Below are positions 9,255 to 19,504 of a DNA stretch of 64,000 nt, in pieces. The DNA is from Gammaproteobacteria bacterium. GTDB lineage: Bacteria; Pseudomonadota; Gammaproteobacteria; Steroidobacterales; JBCCMA01. The position numbers were made by a program, and so were the translations under genes. Each line of letters begins with the position of its first letter. Positions within the stretch are counted from its first letter, which is position 1. The stretch is taken from assembly GCA_045107005.1 (NCBI GenBank), contig JBGCFP010000040.1, forward strand, positions 10,470-74,469. Direction: 5' to 3'. The notes under the pieces are model-generated. The model had not been told where the DNA came from and searched no databases. It worked only from the letters and a program-made list of their open reading frames with translations.

Positions 9255-10361
9255 CTAGAACGTAACGACCGAGCGGATGCTTGTGCCTTCGTGCATCAAA
9301 TCGAAGGCATCGTTAATCTGATCGAGTGGCATCACGTGCGTGATTAAATCGTCGATATTGATCCGCCCGTCCATATCCCAATCAACCATTTTCGGCACAT
9401 CGGTGCGACCACGCGCTCCGCCAAACGCCGTACCGCGCCACGTCCGGCCGGTTACCAGCTGAAATGGACGCGTCGCAATCTCCTGGCCCGCGCCGGCGAC
9501 ACCAATGATCACGCTCTCACCCCAGCCTTTATGACAGCACTCGAGCGCCTGGCGCATGGTGGTCACGTTGCCGATGCACTCGAAACTGTAGTCGACCCCG
9601 CCGTCGGTCAAATCGATCAGTTCTGCCACCACGTCAGCTGAGGTTTTCGCGTTGACGAAATCGGTCATGCCAAACTGACGACCGAGCGCCTCGCGATCCG
9701 GGTTGAGGTCGACACCAATAATGCGCGATGCGCCGATCAGCCGAGCACCTTGAATCACGTTTAGCCCAATGCCGCCCAGTCCGAACACGGCGACTGTGGA
9801 CCCGGCTTCAACGTCAGCGGTGTAGATCACCGCCCCAATGCCGGTCGTCACGCCACAACCGATATAGCAAACTTTCTCGAACGGCGCGTCCTCGCGAATT
9901 TTCGCCAGCGCAATCTCCGGCAACACCGTGTAGTTCGAAAACGTGGAACAGCCCATGTAGTGCAAAACGTCCTGATCGCCAACCCGGAACCGACTCGTGC
10001 CGTCAGGCATGACGCCTTGACCTTGAGTCGCGCGAATGGACTGACACAGATTGGTTTTCGGGTGCAGGCAAAAATCGCAGGTGCGGCACTCTGGGGTGTA
10101 CAGCGGAATAACGTGGTCGCCTTTTTTCAGGTCACGCACGCCCGGGCCCACGTCCACGACAATCCCCGCGCCCTCGTGCCCCAAAATCGCGGGGAACGCG
10201 CCTTCCGGGTCATCGCCACTGAGCGTAAACGCATCCGTGTGACACACGCCGGTCGCGTGAATTTCTACCAGCACTTCGCCCTCTTTTGGCCCGCCCACTT
10301 CGACAGTCTCAACGGTCAGCGGTGCTCCGGCCTTCCAGGCTACGGCGGCTTTGGTCTGCAT
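9255..10361 (-). CDS. frmA: S-(hydroxymethyl)glutathione dehydrogenase / class III alcohol dehydrogenase
   Basis: [56 protein letters not shown] is the class III Zn-ADH signature. The length is right at 368 aa. A GAGGA Shine-Dalgarno sequence lies upstream. Confidence 0.93.
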   Translation of the reverse strand: MQTKAAVAWKAGAPLTVETVEVGGPKEGEVLVEIHATGVCHTDAFTLSGDDPEGAFPAILGHEGAGIVVDVGPGVRDLKKGDHVIPLYTPECRTCDFCLHPKTNLCQSIRATQGQGVMPDGTSRFRVGDQDVLHYMGCSTFSNYTVLPEIALAKIREDAPFEKVCYIGCGVTTGIGAVIYTADVEAGSTVAVFGLGGIGLNVIQGARLIGASRIIGVDLNPDREALGRQFGMTDFVNAKTSADVVAELIDLTDGGVDYSFECIGNVTTMRQALECCHKGWGESVIIGVAGAGQEIATRPFQLVTGRTWRGTAFGGARGRTDVPKMVDWDMDGRINIDDLITHVMPLDQINDAFDLMHEGTSIRSVVTF

Positions 10362-10402
10362 GGTTTGGGTTCCTCTTTCTGGTTACGAATGGCGGGTCGC
10401 CG

Positions 10403-10993
10403 TTACGCCAGCGACGTCATGATCTCGCTGGCCGACTTGCGTTTTTGGGTGGGTATGAGCTTGGGGTAGCCGTAGGAAATCAGACCTACGATGAACTCCT
10501 GGTCGGCGTTGAAACCAAGCGCATCGTAATAGCGCTCGTCTCGAATGATCGAGCCGCTGGACCATTTCATGCCAATGCCCAGCTGCCACAAGTACAGCGA
10601 AAAATTGTGAATCGCGCAACAGCAGGCCGCGTAGTCTTCGCGTTCAATGAGTTTGTCCTCATTGCGCTTGCACGTGACAACCACCCATCCCGGGACTTTC
10701 TCCCACTTGGCGCGTTTGCGCGCGCCTACGTCCGGGTTGGCGCGCTTGCCCACGATGTCTTCCACCAGCTCAAGCGTGCTCAGGCGCGCCTTGTCACCGA
10801 GCAGATAGAAATGCCACGGCTCGGTCAAGTGATGATTGGGCGCCCAGCGCGCCAGCTCGATCGCGTCTTCCACGTGCTGGCGAACAACCGGACGATCTTC
10901 AAACAACGCGACCGTACGCCGATGACGCAAGTTGTCGGTCACCGCAGCCAGCGCCGCGACGCTGCCTTCGTTTTCAGTGCTAATCGATGACAT
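10403..10993 (-). CDS. nitroreductase family protein
   Basis: LRHRRTVALFEDRPV...APNHHLTEPWHFYLL is nitroreductase-like. The ATG at 10993 (MSSISTENEG) avoids overlapping the upstream monooxygenase, whereas the track start at 11209 lies inside that gene. Confidence 0.8.
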   Translation of the reverse strand: MSSISTENEGSVAALAAVTDNLRHRRTVALFEDRPVVRQHVEDAIELARWAPNHHLTEPWHFYLLGDKARLSTLELVEDIVGKRANPDVGARKRAKWEKVPGWVVVTCKRNEDKLIEREDYAACCCAIHNFSLYLWQLGIGMKWSSGSIIRDERYYDALGFNADQEFIVGLISYGYPKLIPTQKRKSASEIMTSLA

Positions 10994-11015
10994 GTATCGC
11001 TGAAGCTCCGTCAAA

Positions 11016-12473
11016 TTAGTAGGAGGTAAAATCGTCCGGGCGCACCGCGCGCGTGCGCGCACGAAACCGCCAGGTAAAGTCCGGCCACAACGCGACGTTT
11101 TTTCCGGCCGGGTGGCGGTACCAACTGCGGCAACCGCCGGTGTTCCAGACCGACTCGGACAGATCGTGTTGCACATCGTCATTGTACCGACGCTGCACGT
11201 CGTCGCCAACGACCAGCCTTTGGTCCGCGGCCGTATCCAGCATTCGCAATACCGACATTACGTAGTTCATTTGAGACTCGATCATGTAAATCATCGAGTT
11301 GTGGCCCAGCGCCGTGTTCGGGCCCGCGAGCATAAACAGATTCGGATAGCCCGCGATCACCGTGCCCAAATACGCTTCCGGTCCATCGTGCCAATCGCCG
11401 GCCAGATCGCGCTGTTTCAGGCCGGTGACAAACCCCGGGTCAAAGGGAGCGCTGACGCGAAAACCGGTTCCGAGCACTACCGCATCGCACGGCCTGTGTT
11501 GACCGTCCGCCCCGATGACGCCAGTCGCGTCCAGCGCGCGCACACCTTGGGCAATAATTTCGACGTTCGATTGCGCAATGGCCGGGTAGTAGTCATTGGA
11601 AATCAGCACTCGCTTGCAGCCAATTCGATAGTCGGGGGTCACGCGCGCGCGCAGCGTCTGGTCGGCGATGCTCTTGCGCAAGTGGCGCATGGCCAACGCC
11701 TCAAACACTTTCAGTAACGCCGGACGATGCAAAAAGGCGATCGCGCGAAACTCGTTGGTCGAATAGATGCGAGCGCGCACGAAGCGCTGCAACCACGGCA
11801 AGCGCCGATACAGCCAGTGCTCCAGACGGGAAATTTGCCGATCCGGTTTGGGCAGTATCCACGGCGCGCTACGTTGATAAACGGTCAGAGTTTTTACGCG
11901 TTTCGCCAGATGCGGTACAAACTGGATCGCGCTGGCGCCGGTACCGATGACCGCGACATTTTTGCCATTAAGGTCGTAGTCGTGGTTCCACTGTTGCGAG
12001 TGGAAGAGTTCGCCCGCAAACGAATCAAGACCGTCTATGTCCGGCATCCGGGGGCGCGACAGTGCGCCTGTGGCCAGAATCACGCTGCGTGCGGTAACGA
12101 CCTCATCGTGTCCAAGAGTCACCGCCCACACGCCGGCCGCTTCATCAAACTCGAGTCCATGCACCGCGGTACCAAGGCGCAGATTCTCTGCGACGCCGAA
12201 CTGTTGCGCGCAGTCTTTCAGATAACGCCAGATTTCCTCGCTGCCGGAAAAACTTCGCGACCACTGTGGGTTGGGCGCAAACGAAAACGAATACAAATGC
12301 GACGCCACATCGCAACCGCATCCCGGGTAGCGATTGACCCACCAGGTGCCGCCCAATTCTGACTCGCGCTCAATGATCTGATAGCGACGCTTGCCCTCTT
12401 TCTCCAGGCGAATCGCCGCGCACAGACCACTGAAACCGGCCCCAACGATCAGGACATCGAGATCGGGCTGCAT
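11016..12473 (-). CDS. class B flavoprotein monooxygenase (FMO / Baeyer-Villiger-like)
   Basis: FAD fold DVLIVGAGFSGL, fingerprint FAGELFHSQQWNHD (FxGxxxHxxxW), and a second Rossmann fold VAVIGTGASAIQ. Confidence 0.88.
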   Translation of the reverse strand: MQPDLDVLIVGAGFSGLCAAIRLEKEGKRRYQIIERESELGGTWWVNRYPGCGCDVASHLYSFSFAPNPQWSRSFSGSEEIWRYLKDCAQQFGVAENLRLGTAVHGLEFDEAAGVWAVTLGHDEVVTARSVILATGALSRPRMPDIDGLDSFAGELFHSQQWNHDYDLNGKNVAVIGTGASAIQFVPHLAKRVKTLTVYQRSAPWILPKPDRQISRLEHWLYRRLPWLQRFVRARIYSTNEFRAIAFLHRPALLKVFEALAMRHLRKSIADQTLRARVTPDYRIGCKRVLISNDYYPAIAQSNVEIIAQGVRALDATGVIGADGQHRPCDAVVLGTGFRVSAPFDPGFVTGLKQRDLAGDWHDGPEAYLGTVIAGYPNLFMLAGPNTALGHNSMIYMIESQMNYVMSVLRMLDTAADQRLVVGDDVQRRYNDDVQHDLSESVWNTGGCRSWYRHPAGKNVALWPDFTWRFRARTRAVRPDDFTSY

Positions 12474-13414
12474 TACTGACGCGTGACGGTCAGGCCTTCC
12501 TTGCGCAGAAAATCCTGAACGCTGTCGGGTCCGGCCAGATGCCCGGCGCCTACGGCGAAAAAGACGGTACCGGGCTCGTCCATGCGCTGCACGATCCAGG
12601 TTGCGAAATCTTCGTTTCGGTCACGCAACAACGCGTCAAACAACTCGGGAACTTCATCCATGGATTCAGCCATCTCGTCAGCAAACTTCGCGACATCACC
12701 GTCGGACCACTGCTCAAGCATTGTGTTGAGCAGCTCGGCACCTTCATCCCAATCCCGAATTGCCAGCTCCAGCCACTGCACCTGAGTTTCTTCCGGCAGG
12801 CCGTCAAGCAATTTAAGCTGCGCTTCGGCGCCTTCGATACTCACCAGCGTCTTGTTGGCCGTGCTCGCCTCATTTTGCAGCTTCAGGTCAACGCCCAACG
12901 TGGGGTCGAAACCGAGCGAGATCATTTGCATCGACGCCATGGTGGTCACCGCCATCCACGGCTCCATCGGGTCAATCATTTGCATGGACAGACCGACTTT
13001 GGCGAGCGTCGCTTCCAACTGATCGGCAGTCTCCTTCCCGATGACCTGAGTCAGAGTGCGTCCGTCCGGATCGATCGCGTATTTCATGACCAACGCCTGC
13101 ATCATCGCCACGTCCTGCGTGTCAGTGGCTTCAAGCGCGACTTCGTCCGACGCGTCATAGGCGTCCTGAATCGCACCGTCGAACCACGTGATTCCAGGTT
13201 TGAGCGCATGAAAGGTGCCGAACAGGTAAACGGTCGTATCGTCATCCGACACTTGCCACAGCGCCGGTCCCGCTGACGGTTCCGCTGCGACTGTCTCGGC
13301 CGCAGGCGCCGCCGCTTCGACCGGCGCCACGACCGATTCGTCGGCGCAGGCCGCTAACGAACACACAAACGCCAGCAGCAGGAGATGGGCGGATCGACGA
13401 AAACAGTGATTCAT
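12473..13414 (-). CDS. TraB/GumN family lipoprotein
   Basis: Lipoprotein signal LLLLAFVCSLAAC, then LWQVSDDDTTVYLFGTFHALKPG and FFAVGAGHLAGPDSV, both typical of TraB/GumN. The stop overlaps the monooxygenase start by 1 nt (TAATG). Confidence 0.8.
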   Translation of the reverse strand: MNHCFRRSAHLLLLAFVCSLAACADESVVAPVEAAAPAAETVAAEPSAGPALWQVSDDDTTVYLFGTFHALKPGITWFDGAIQDAYDASDEVALEATDTQDVAMMQALVMKYAIDPDGRTLTQVIGKETADQLEATLAKVGLSMQMIDPMEPWMAVTTMASMQMISLGFDPTLGVDLKLQNEASTANKTLVSIEGAEAQLKLLDGLPEETQVQWLELAIRDWDEGAELLNTMLEQWSDGDVAKFADEMAESMDEVPELFDALLRDRNEDFATWIVQRMDEPGTVFFAVGAGHLAGPDSVQDFLRKEGLTVTRQ

Positions 13415-13555
13415 GGTTATTCCTTAAGGCCGATTTTGGGGAATGCCGCGACATCATAGTCGATCCGAACCTTGCGCGCCGAAGCGCCCGTTTTGAACTT
13501 GAGCGCGCAATGCCACACACTGCCCCGCAGTTCTGTTGCTAGGGAGACAACGTCT

Positions 13556-14473
13556 GTGTACAGCTTAGCCTTGGCGCTGGGCGCCCTGGTGGCGACCATC
13601 GCAATAATCGAATTTGCCTTCCCGGCCACCTCAGCGCGTCTGGCGCTCAGCCTGGAAAGACGCCGCAGCGGCTTGCGCCTCAAGGAGAAAACCGTCGGCG
13701 ATGTGACGGTGAGATATCTGGAGGGGGGCCAGGGTGATTCTTTGGTTCTGCTGCACGGTTTCGGCGCCGACAAAGACAACTACACCCGCGTGGCCGGCGC
13801 GCTGACCAAACACTTTCACGTCATTGCGCCGGATCTGCCGGGGTTTGGAGATTCGACCCGCCTGCCGGACGCGCCCTACCCGTTTGTCGATCAGACCCAC
13901 CGCCTGCACGAGCTGTTGCAAGGCATGGGACTCACCCGCTATCACATTGCCGGCAGCTCTATGGGTTGCGCCATGGCTGCACTCTACGGCGCGCTCTACC
14001 CGGACCATACGATGTCACGCTGGCTGCTGGCGCCCGCCGGCGTCGAGGGCTGCGACGACAGCGTAATGGCCGCCGAATATCGCGCGACGGGCAAATCCCT
14101 ACTGCTACCCAGCTCGGTCAAGGATTTCGAACGAGTCATGAATCTGGCCACGGAGAAGCCGTTGTGGCTGCCGCCCAGCGTCAAACGTTTGCTCGGTGAA
14201 CGCGCGATGGCGGACTCGATTCTGCACGCGCGTGTGTTCGAAGAAATTGCCCTCTCACCACCGATCAACGATTTGATGCGCGACTCGACGGTCCCAACGC
14301 TAATCGTTTGGGGCGACAAGGATCGCGTGCTGGACGTCAGTGGCGCCGAGATTTTGCGCGATGCGCTGCCAAACGCCACGCTTATCGTCATGCCGGGTAT
14401 TGGACACTTGCCCATGGTTGAGGCGCCCAAGCAAGCGGCGCAGGACTTCATCGAATTCACCACTGGCCTTTGA
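13556..14473 (+). CDS. alpha/beta-fold hydrolase
   Basis: LVLLHGFGADKDNY, the nucleophile elbow AGSSMGC, and GHLPMVEAP. The start is uncertain. A GTG at 13556 (MYSLALALGAL, TM/signal-like) follows AGGGAGA at an 8-nt spacing. The track start is 13472. Confidence 0.8.
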   Translation: MYSLALALGALVATIAIIEFAFPATSARLALSLERRRSGLRLKEKTVGDVTVRYLEGGQGDSLVLLHGFGADKDNYTRVAGALTKHFHVIAPDLPGFGDSTRLPDAPYPFVDQTHRLHELLQGMGLTRYHIAGSSMGCAMAALYGALYPDHTMSRWLLAPAGVEGCDDSVMAAEYRATGKSLLLPSSVKDFERVMNLATEKPLWLPPSVKRLLGERAMADSILHARVFEEIALSPPINDLMRDSTVPTLIVWGDKDRVLDVSGAEILRDALPNATLIVMPGIGHLPMVEAPKQAAQDFIEFTTGL

Positions 14474-14561
14474 GCCCAGCGGGATCAAGACAAAAGAAAT
14501 CGATTCACCGCGGTCATTGAAAACCGGGCGCGACTACCCCCCGCGGCGATTCACCGATTGA

Positions 14562-17500
14562 CTACATGTTGCGTCGATACTCGCCGCCAACTTCGTACAA
14601 CGCGTGCGAAATTTGACCCAGCGACGCACATTTGACCGTTTCCATCAGCGCGTCAAACACATTGCCCCGATCACGCGCGACTTGCTGCAGATGCGCAAGT
14701 GCCGCCGGCACGTCGTCGCCATGGCCTTGCGCAAAGGCGCGAACCGCGTCGATCTGGGCGTTTTTTTCCGCATCATCGGAACGCATTAATTCCAACTCGG
14801 TGATCTCGTCCGCCTGGCCGTCAGCAGGCAGGAACGTGTTGACGCCGATAATCGGCAGCGTTCCGTCGTGTTTCTGCTGTTCGTAGACCATGCTCTCATC
14901 CTGTATTTTGCCGCGCTGATACATGGTATCCATGGCACCGAGCACGCCGCCGCGCTCGCTGATGCGCTCAAATTCCTGATACACGGCTTCTTCGACCAGA
15001 TCGGTCAGCTCGTCAATAACAAACGACCCTTGCCACGGGTTTTCGCAGAAATTCAGCCCCATCTCGCGGTTGATGATCAGCTGAATTGCCACCGCCCGAC
15101 GCACCGACTGTTCGGTCGGTGTGGTGATGGCTTCATCAAAAGCATTGGTGTGCAGCGAGTTGCAGTTATCGAACAACGCGTAGAGCGCCTGCAATGTGGT
15201 CCGAATGTCATTGAAGCTGATTTCCTGGGCGTGCAATGAGCGGCCAGAGGTCTGGATGTGATACTTCATCATTTGCGAGCGCGAACCGGCGCCGTAGCGT
15301 TCGCGCATCGCGCGCGCCCAGATACGTCGTGCAACGCGGCCAATCACGGCGTACTCGGGATCCATGCCGTTGGAGAAAAAGAACGACAGATTGGGCGCGA
15401 AATCGTCGATGTTCATACCGCGCGCCAGGTAATACTCAACGATGGTAAACCCGTTGGACAGCGTGAACGCCAACTGGCTGATCGGGTTCGCCCCGGCTTC
15501 GGCAATGTGATAGCCGCTGATCGACACGCTGTAGTAATTGCGTACCTTGTGATCAATAAAATACTGCTGCACGTCGCCCATCATGCGCAGCGCAAATTCG
15601 GTCGAAAAAATACAGGTGTTTTGCGCCTGATCCTCTTTCAGAATGTCCGCCTGGACGGTGCCGCGTACCGAAGCCAGCGTTCGCGCCTTGATCGTCGCGT
15701 AAGTGTCTGCATCCACGACTTTATCGCCGCTGATGCCCAGCAGCCCCAAGCCGAGACCTTCATTGCCCTCGGGTAACTCGCCGCGGTAAGTCGGGCGCAC
15801 TTTGCCGTCAAACCACTGATCAATTTTCGCCTGCGCGGCGTCCCACTCGCCCGCTTCCTTAAGGTGTTTTTCCACCTGCTGGTCAATCGCGGCATTCATG
15901 AAGAACGCCAGAATCATCGGCGCCGGCCCGTTGATGGTCATGGACACCGACGTGGTGGGTTCGCACAAATCGAAACCCGAATAGAGCTTCTTGATGTCGT
16001 CAACGCTGGCAATGGATACGCCAGAGTTGCCAACCTTGCCGTAGATGTCCGGGCGTTCGTGCGGATCTTCACCATAGAGCGTGACCGAATCGAACGCCGT
16101 CGAGAGGCGCGCGGCAGGATGCCCTTTCGACAAATAGTGAAACCGTCGGTTGGTGCGCTCCGGTGTTCCTTCGCCGGCAAACATGCGAATCGGATCTTCA
16201 CCAGTGCGTCGATACGGATAGACACCGGCGGTGTACGGGTACGCACCGGGCAGGTTTTCTTTTTGCACAAAGCGCAACTGCTCGCCCCAGTCTGCGTAGC
16301 GCGGCGCGGCGATCTTCGGAATTTTCTGCTGGCTCAGACTGTCGCGGAAATTGTTACCTTCGATGGTGCGACCGCGCACCTCGTAAGCATAGCGCTCGCT
16401 GCGTACACCAGCGGCCCGCTCAGGCCAGGCTTTGAGTTCTGTCACGGCGTCCGCGGACAGCTGCTGCAGCGCCGACTGATACTCACGCCTCAGCGTCACC
16501 TGTGCGTCATCACCGGCCAGTGCGTCGTCGGGAAACGGCGAAAACGGCGCGGGCAGTGCCGGATCCTCCAGCGTGCGCAAAGCCTCGTACAGATGCTGCG
16601 CGCGACGGGCCGCGTCAGACTGATGCTCCACGTCCTGATTTATTTGTCTGCCTTGTTCCGCAATTTCTGCCAGATAGCGAATGCGCGCGCCTGGAATCAA
16701 CGCGACGGCATCCGGTTCGTCGGTTTCGGTATTCCAGGGCGTACGCCACTGCTCAACATCGAGCGACAGTTTCGTCGCCATCTGATGACACAGGCGATCA
16801 AACATGCGGCTGATGCCGGGGTCGTTAAACTGGCTGGCGATGGTTGGGTAAACGGGCGTTTCGTCGTCGCTCGCCTGAAACTTCAGATGGTTGCGGCGCC
16901 ACTGTTTGCGCACGTCGCGCAGTGCGTCTTTGGCGCCGCGCTTGTCGAACTTGTTGAGCACGATCAAATCGGCGTAGTCGATCATGTCGATCTTCTCGAG
17001 CTGACTCGCAGCGCCGTAGTCCGAGGTCATCACGTAAACCGAGAAATCCACGAGATCGACGATCTCACTGTCGCTCTGACCAATACCGGCGGTTTCCACC
17101 ACGATCAGATCAAAGCCCTGCGACTTCAGATAGTTCACCGCATCGCCCAGCATGTCGCTGGTGGCCAGATGCTGACGCCGGGTGGCGATCGAGCGCATAA
17201 ACGTGCGTTCGCTGCGCAGGGAATTCATGCGAATGCGATCACCGAGCAGAGCACCACCGGTACGTCGCCGAGTGGGATCTACGGCCACAACGGCCACGCT
17301 ACGATCAGGGAAACTTTGTAAAAAGCGGTTCAGGATTTCGTCAGTGACGCTCGATTTGCCAGCGCCACCGGTGCCGGTGATACCCACGACCGGAACACTC
17401 GCTGATTTGAGCTGCCAGGTCTTGCGCAATGCTCCGAGTTCGTCGTCGGAGTAGATGCCCTGCTCGATCGCCGAGATCGTGCGTGCCCGCGCCACGTCGT

Positions 17501-17990
17501 CGTCGCCGTCCACCCTCGCCGCCGGTCGGCGCGCTTTGACCGTGCGCGCCACCAGATCCTGGATCATCGCTTCAAGCCCCAGCGCCATACCGTCGTTGGG
17601 GTGATAGATACGTTCAACGCCGTAGTCGATAAGTTCCTGAATCTCCTGCGGCGTGATCGTGCCGCCACCCCCGCCAAACACACGAATGTGCTCAGCCCCG
17701 CGCTCACGCAGCATGTCGACCATGTAGCGGAAATATTCCATGTGCCCGCCTTGATACGAGCTCACGGCAATGCCGTCGGCGTCTTCTTGCAAGGCCGCGT
17801 TGACCACGTCGGCGACGCTGCGGTTATGCCCCAGATGCACGACCTCGACGCCCTGCCCTTGAATCAGCCGCCGCATGATATTGATGGCCGCGTCGTGACC
17901 GTCGAACAGCGAAGCGGCGGTAATAAACCGAAGGGGGGCGCTGCTCTTCGTCGCAGCAGTACCGGGGACGTCAGCGGCAGGACGGCTCAT
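14562..17990 (-). CDS. icmF: fused isobutyryl-CoA mutase (B12-binding domain + MeaB-like G3E GTPase + mutase catalytic domain)
   Basis: 1142 aa. B12 domain [14 protein letters not shown]-loop [12 protein letters not shown], and a C-terminal acyl-CoA mutase barrel ([17 protein letters not shown]). This matches the IcmF architecture. Confidence 0.92.
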   Translation of the reverse strand: MSRPAADVPGTAATKSSAPLRFITAASLFDGHDAAINIMRRLIQGQGVEVVHLGHNRSVADVVNAALQEDADGIAVSSYQGGHMEYFRYMVDMLRERGAEHIRVFGGGGGTITPQEIQELIDYGVERIYHPNDGMALGLEAMIQDLVARTVKARRPAARVDGDDDVARARTISAIEQGIYSDDELGALRKTWQLKSASVPVVGITGTGGAGKSSVTDEILNRFLQSFPDRSVAVVAVDPTRRRTGGALLGDRIRMNSLRSERTFMRSIATRRQHLATSDMLGDAVNYLKSQGFDLIVVETAGIGQSDSEIVDLVDFSVYVMTSDYGAASQLEKIDMIDYADLIVLNKFDKRGAKDALRDVRKQWRRNHLKFQASDDETPVYPTIASQFNDPGISRMFDRLCHQMATKLSLDVEQWRTPWNTETDEPDAVALIPGARIRYLAEIAEQGRQINQDVEHQSDAARRAQHLYEALRTLEDPALPAPFSPFPDDALAGDDAQVTLRREYQSALQQLSADAVTELKAWPERAAGVRSERYAYEVRGRTIEGNNFRDSLSQQKIPKIAAPRYADWGEQLRFVQKENLPGAYPYTAGVYPYRRTGEDPIRMFAGEGTPERTNRRFHYLSKGHPAARLSTAFDSVTLYGEDPHERPDIYGKVGNSGVSIASVDDIKKLYSGFDLCEPTTSVSMTINGPAPMILAFFMNAAIDQQVEKHLKEAGEWDAAQAKIDQWFDGKVRPTYRGELPEGNEGLGLGLLGISGDKVVDADTYATIKARTLASVRGTVQADILKEDQAQNTCIFSTEFALRMMGDVQQYFIDHKVRNYYSVSISGYHIAEAGANPISQLAFTLSNGFTIVEYYLARGMNIDDFAPNLSFFFSNGMDPEYAVIGRVARRIWARAMRERYGAGSRSQMMKYHIQTSGRSLHAQEISFNDIRTTLQALYALFDNCNSLHTNAFDEAITTPTEQSVRRAVAIQLIINREMGLNFCENPWQGSFVIDELTDLVEEAVYQEFERISERGGVLGAMDTMYQRGKIQDESMVYEQQKHDGTLPIIGVNTFLPADGQADEITELELMRSDDAEKNAQIDAVRAFAQGHGDDVPAALAHLQQVARDRGNVFDALMETVKCASLGQISHALYEVGGEYRRNM

Positions 17991-18065
17991 GGCGGCTCCA
18001 TTGGGGCGTGCGGGCCCACCAGTATACCGCTGTCAGCCACCCAAGGGCGAAATCCGGGCCCGCAA

Positions 18066-18935
18066 TCAGCGGTTTACCAGTGCCAGGACCTTACGAGCGC
18101 CGATCAGATGGGGTTGATCGAGCATTTGACCGTCCAGCGACACGGCCCCTGCGCCGGGCGCGGCAGCAAACGCATCAATGATGGCCTGTGCGTGTGCCAC
18201 TTCCTGTTCGCTGGGCGTCATCGCCTCGTGAATGGTCGCGACCTGGGCAGGATGAATCGCGAGTTTGCCGGTGAAGCCCATTTTTCGTGCCGACCGGGCG
18301 TGGGCCAGCAAGCCGTCTGCATCGCGGAAGTCTGCGTGCAGTGTGTCAATCGCTTCGACCTCGGCCGCGTGGGCCGCAAACAGCGTCAATCCGCGCACCA
18401 TTTCATAGGGAGCGAGCCACTCGCCGCCCGCATCACGGCGCGCGCTGGCGCCAATGGCAGCGCCCAGGTCTTCCGCCCCCCAGGTCAAGCCCACCAGACG
18501 CGGGACACCGACAGTGTAGCTGTTCAACGTAAAGACAGCGCGCGGTGTCTCCGTGACGATCGGCAGAATCTGCGTCGATCCCTGGGGCAGACCGTGGTGG
18601 TCTTCCTGTGCCGCCATGGCACCGCCAAGCGCGATGACGTCCTGCGCGGATTCGGCTTTGGGCTGCACGATACCTTCTGGAGCGGCAGCCATGATGACTT
18701 CCAGATCAAGCTCCGCGAGTTCGCTGCCCCAAGGATTGATGCGCACGTAAATCGACGCGTCGGTGGCCGCACGATGGGCGCGCACGAACTCTGCAGTCAT
18801 ACGTCGTGCTTCGTCTTTGCGCTCGGGTGCTACCGCGTCTTCGAGATCGATGATCAGCGCATCGGCCCCGACGTCCACCGACTTGGCGAGCTTGCGCTCG
18901 CTGTCGCCGGGCACAAACAACCACGAGCGATGCAT
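18066..18935 (-). CDS. HpcH/HpaI-CitE family acyl-CoA lyase (citryl/citramalyl/malyl-CoA lyase-like)
   Basis: MHRSWLFVPGDSERKLAKSVDVGADALIIDLEDAV and a CitE-like C-terminal part. 289 aa. Confidence 0.85.
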   Translation of the reverse strand: MHRSWLFVPGDSERKLAKSVDVGADALIIDLEDAVAPERKDEARRMTAEFVRAHRAATDASIYVRINPWGSELAELDLEVIMAAAPEGIVQPKAESAQDVIALGGAMAAQEDHHGLPQGSTQILPIVTETPRAVFTLNSYTVGVPRLVGLTWGAEDLGAAIGASARRDAGGEWLAPYEMVRGLTLFAAHAAEVEAIDTLHADFRDADGLLAHARSARKMGFTGKLAIHPAQVATIHEAMTPSEQEVAHAQAIIDAFAAAPGAGAVSLDGQMLDQPHLIGARKVLALVNR

Positions 18936-19408
18936 TAATCTTTATCCGGGCCAGTGACTGGTTGGCGCAACATCAGCGCGGAGCGTTTGCACACGCCGAC
19001 CAATTGCTCGTCCTGATTGAACGCCCGATGTTCAAAAATCACGATGCCGTTGTCCGGTCTGGATTTGCTGTCGCGCAGCTCCATGACTTCGGTCTCGATG
19101 CGGATGGTATCGCCGTGAAACAGCGGCTTGGGAAAGCGCACGCCGTCCCATCCCAAATTCGCAACGGTGGTACCCATGGTCGTGTCACCCACCGAGATAC
19201 CGACCATCAAGCCCAGCGTCAGGCAGCTGTTGACCAGCCGGCGTCCGTACTCGGTTTGCTCACGGCAGTACTCCTTATCGAGGTGCAGTGCTGCCGGGTT
19301 GTGGGTCAACGCGCTAAAAAACGTGTTGTCCGCCTCGGTGATGGTGCGGTGCAGATCGTGTTTAAAGACCTGCCCGACCGCGAATTGCTCGTAATATTTT
19401 CCAGCCAT
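18935..19408 (-). CDS. MaoC-like (R)-specific enoyl-CoA hydratase / dehydratase (hotdog fold)
   Basis: MAGKYYEQFAVGQVFKHDLHRTITEADNTFFSALTHNPAALH is a typical MaoC dehydratase N-terminus. An alternative start lies at 19447. The stop overlaps the CitE-like start by 1 nt. Confidence 0.82.
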   Translation of the reverse strand: MAGKYYEQFAVGQVFKHDLHRTITEADNTFFSALTHNPAALHLDKEYCREQTEYGRRLVNSCLTLGLMVGISVGDTTMGTTVANLGWDGVRFPKPLFHGDTIRIETEVMELRDSKSRPDNGIVIFEHRAFNQDEQLVGVCKRSALMLRQPVTGPDKD

Positions 19409-19504
19409 TTCGACATTATCACCGGGTCGCCGCGCTATCGCCAGCATTGATCCACGCGGCGCCTCCGCGTCACAATGCGCCCAGACTGTTTACCGGGATT
19501 CACC

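Noticed and set aside
14474-14561. Short direct repeat cgattcaccg (two copies) with CCGCGG palindromes between convergent genes
   Set aside because: The repeat is 10 bp, occurs twice, and forms no stable hairpin or array. This is within chance expectation for a GC-rich spacer.
17991-18065. Possible cobalamin riboswitch upstream of the B12-dependent icmF (the 8-bp inverted repeat gcgggccc / gggcccgc is present)
   Set aside because: A 75-nt gap is far too short for a B12 riboswitch of about 200 nt, and I saw no B12-box-like sequence. It is probably just an inter-cistronic hairpin.
15864-18938. 485-aa and 445-aa + strand ORFs (15864..17321 and 17601..18938)
   Set aside because: Both lie antisense to icmF and the CitE-like gene, have a low-complexity Arg/Gly/His-rich composition, and show no recognisable domains.
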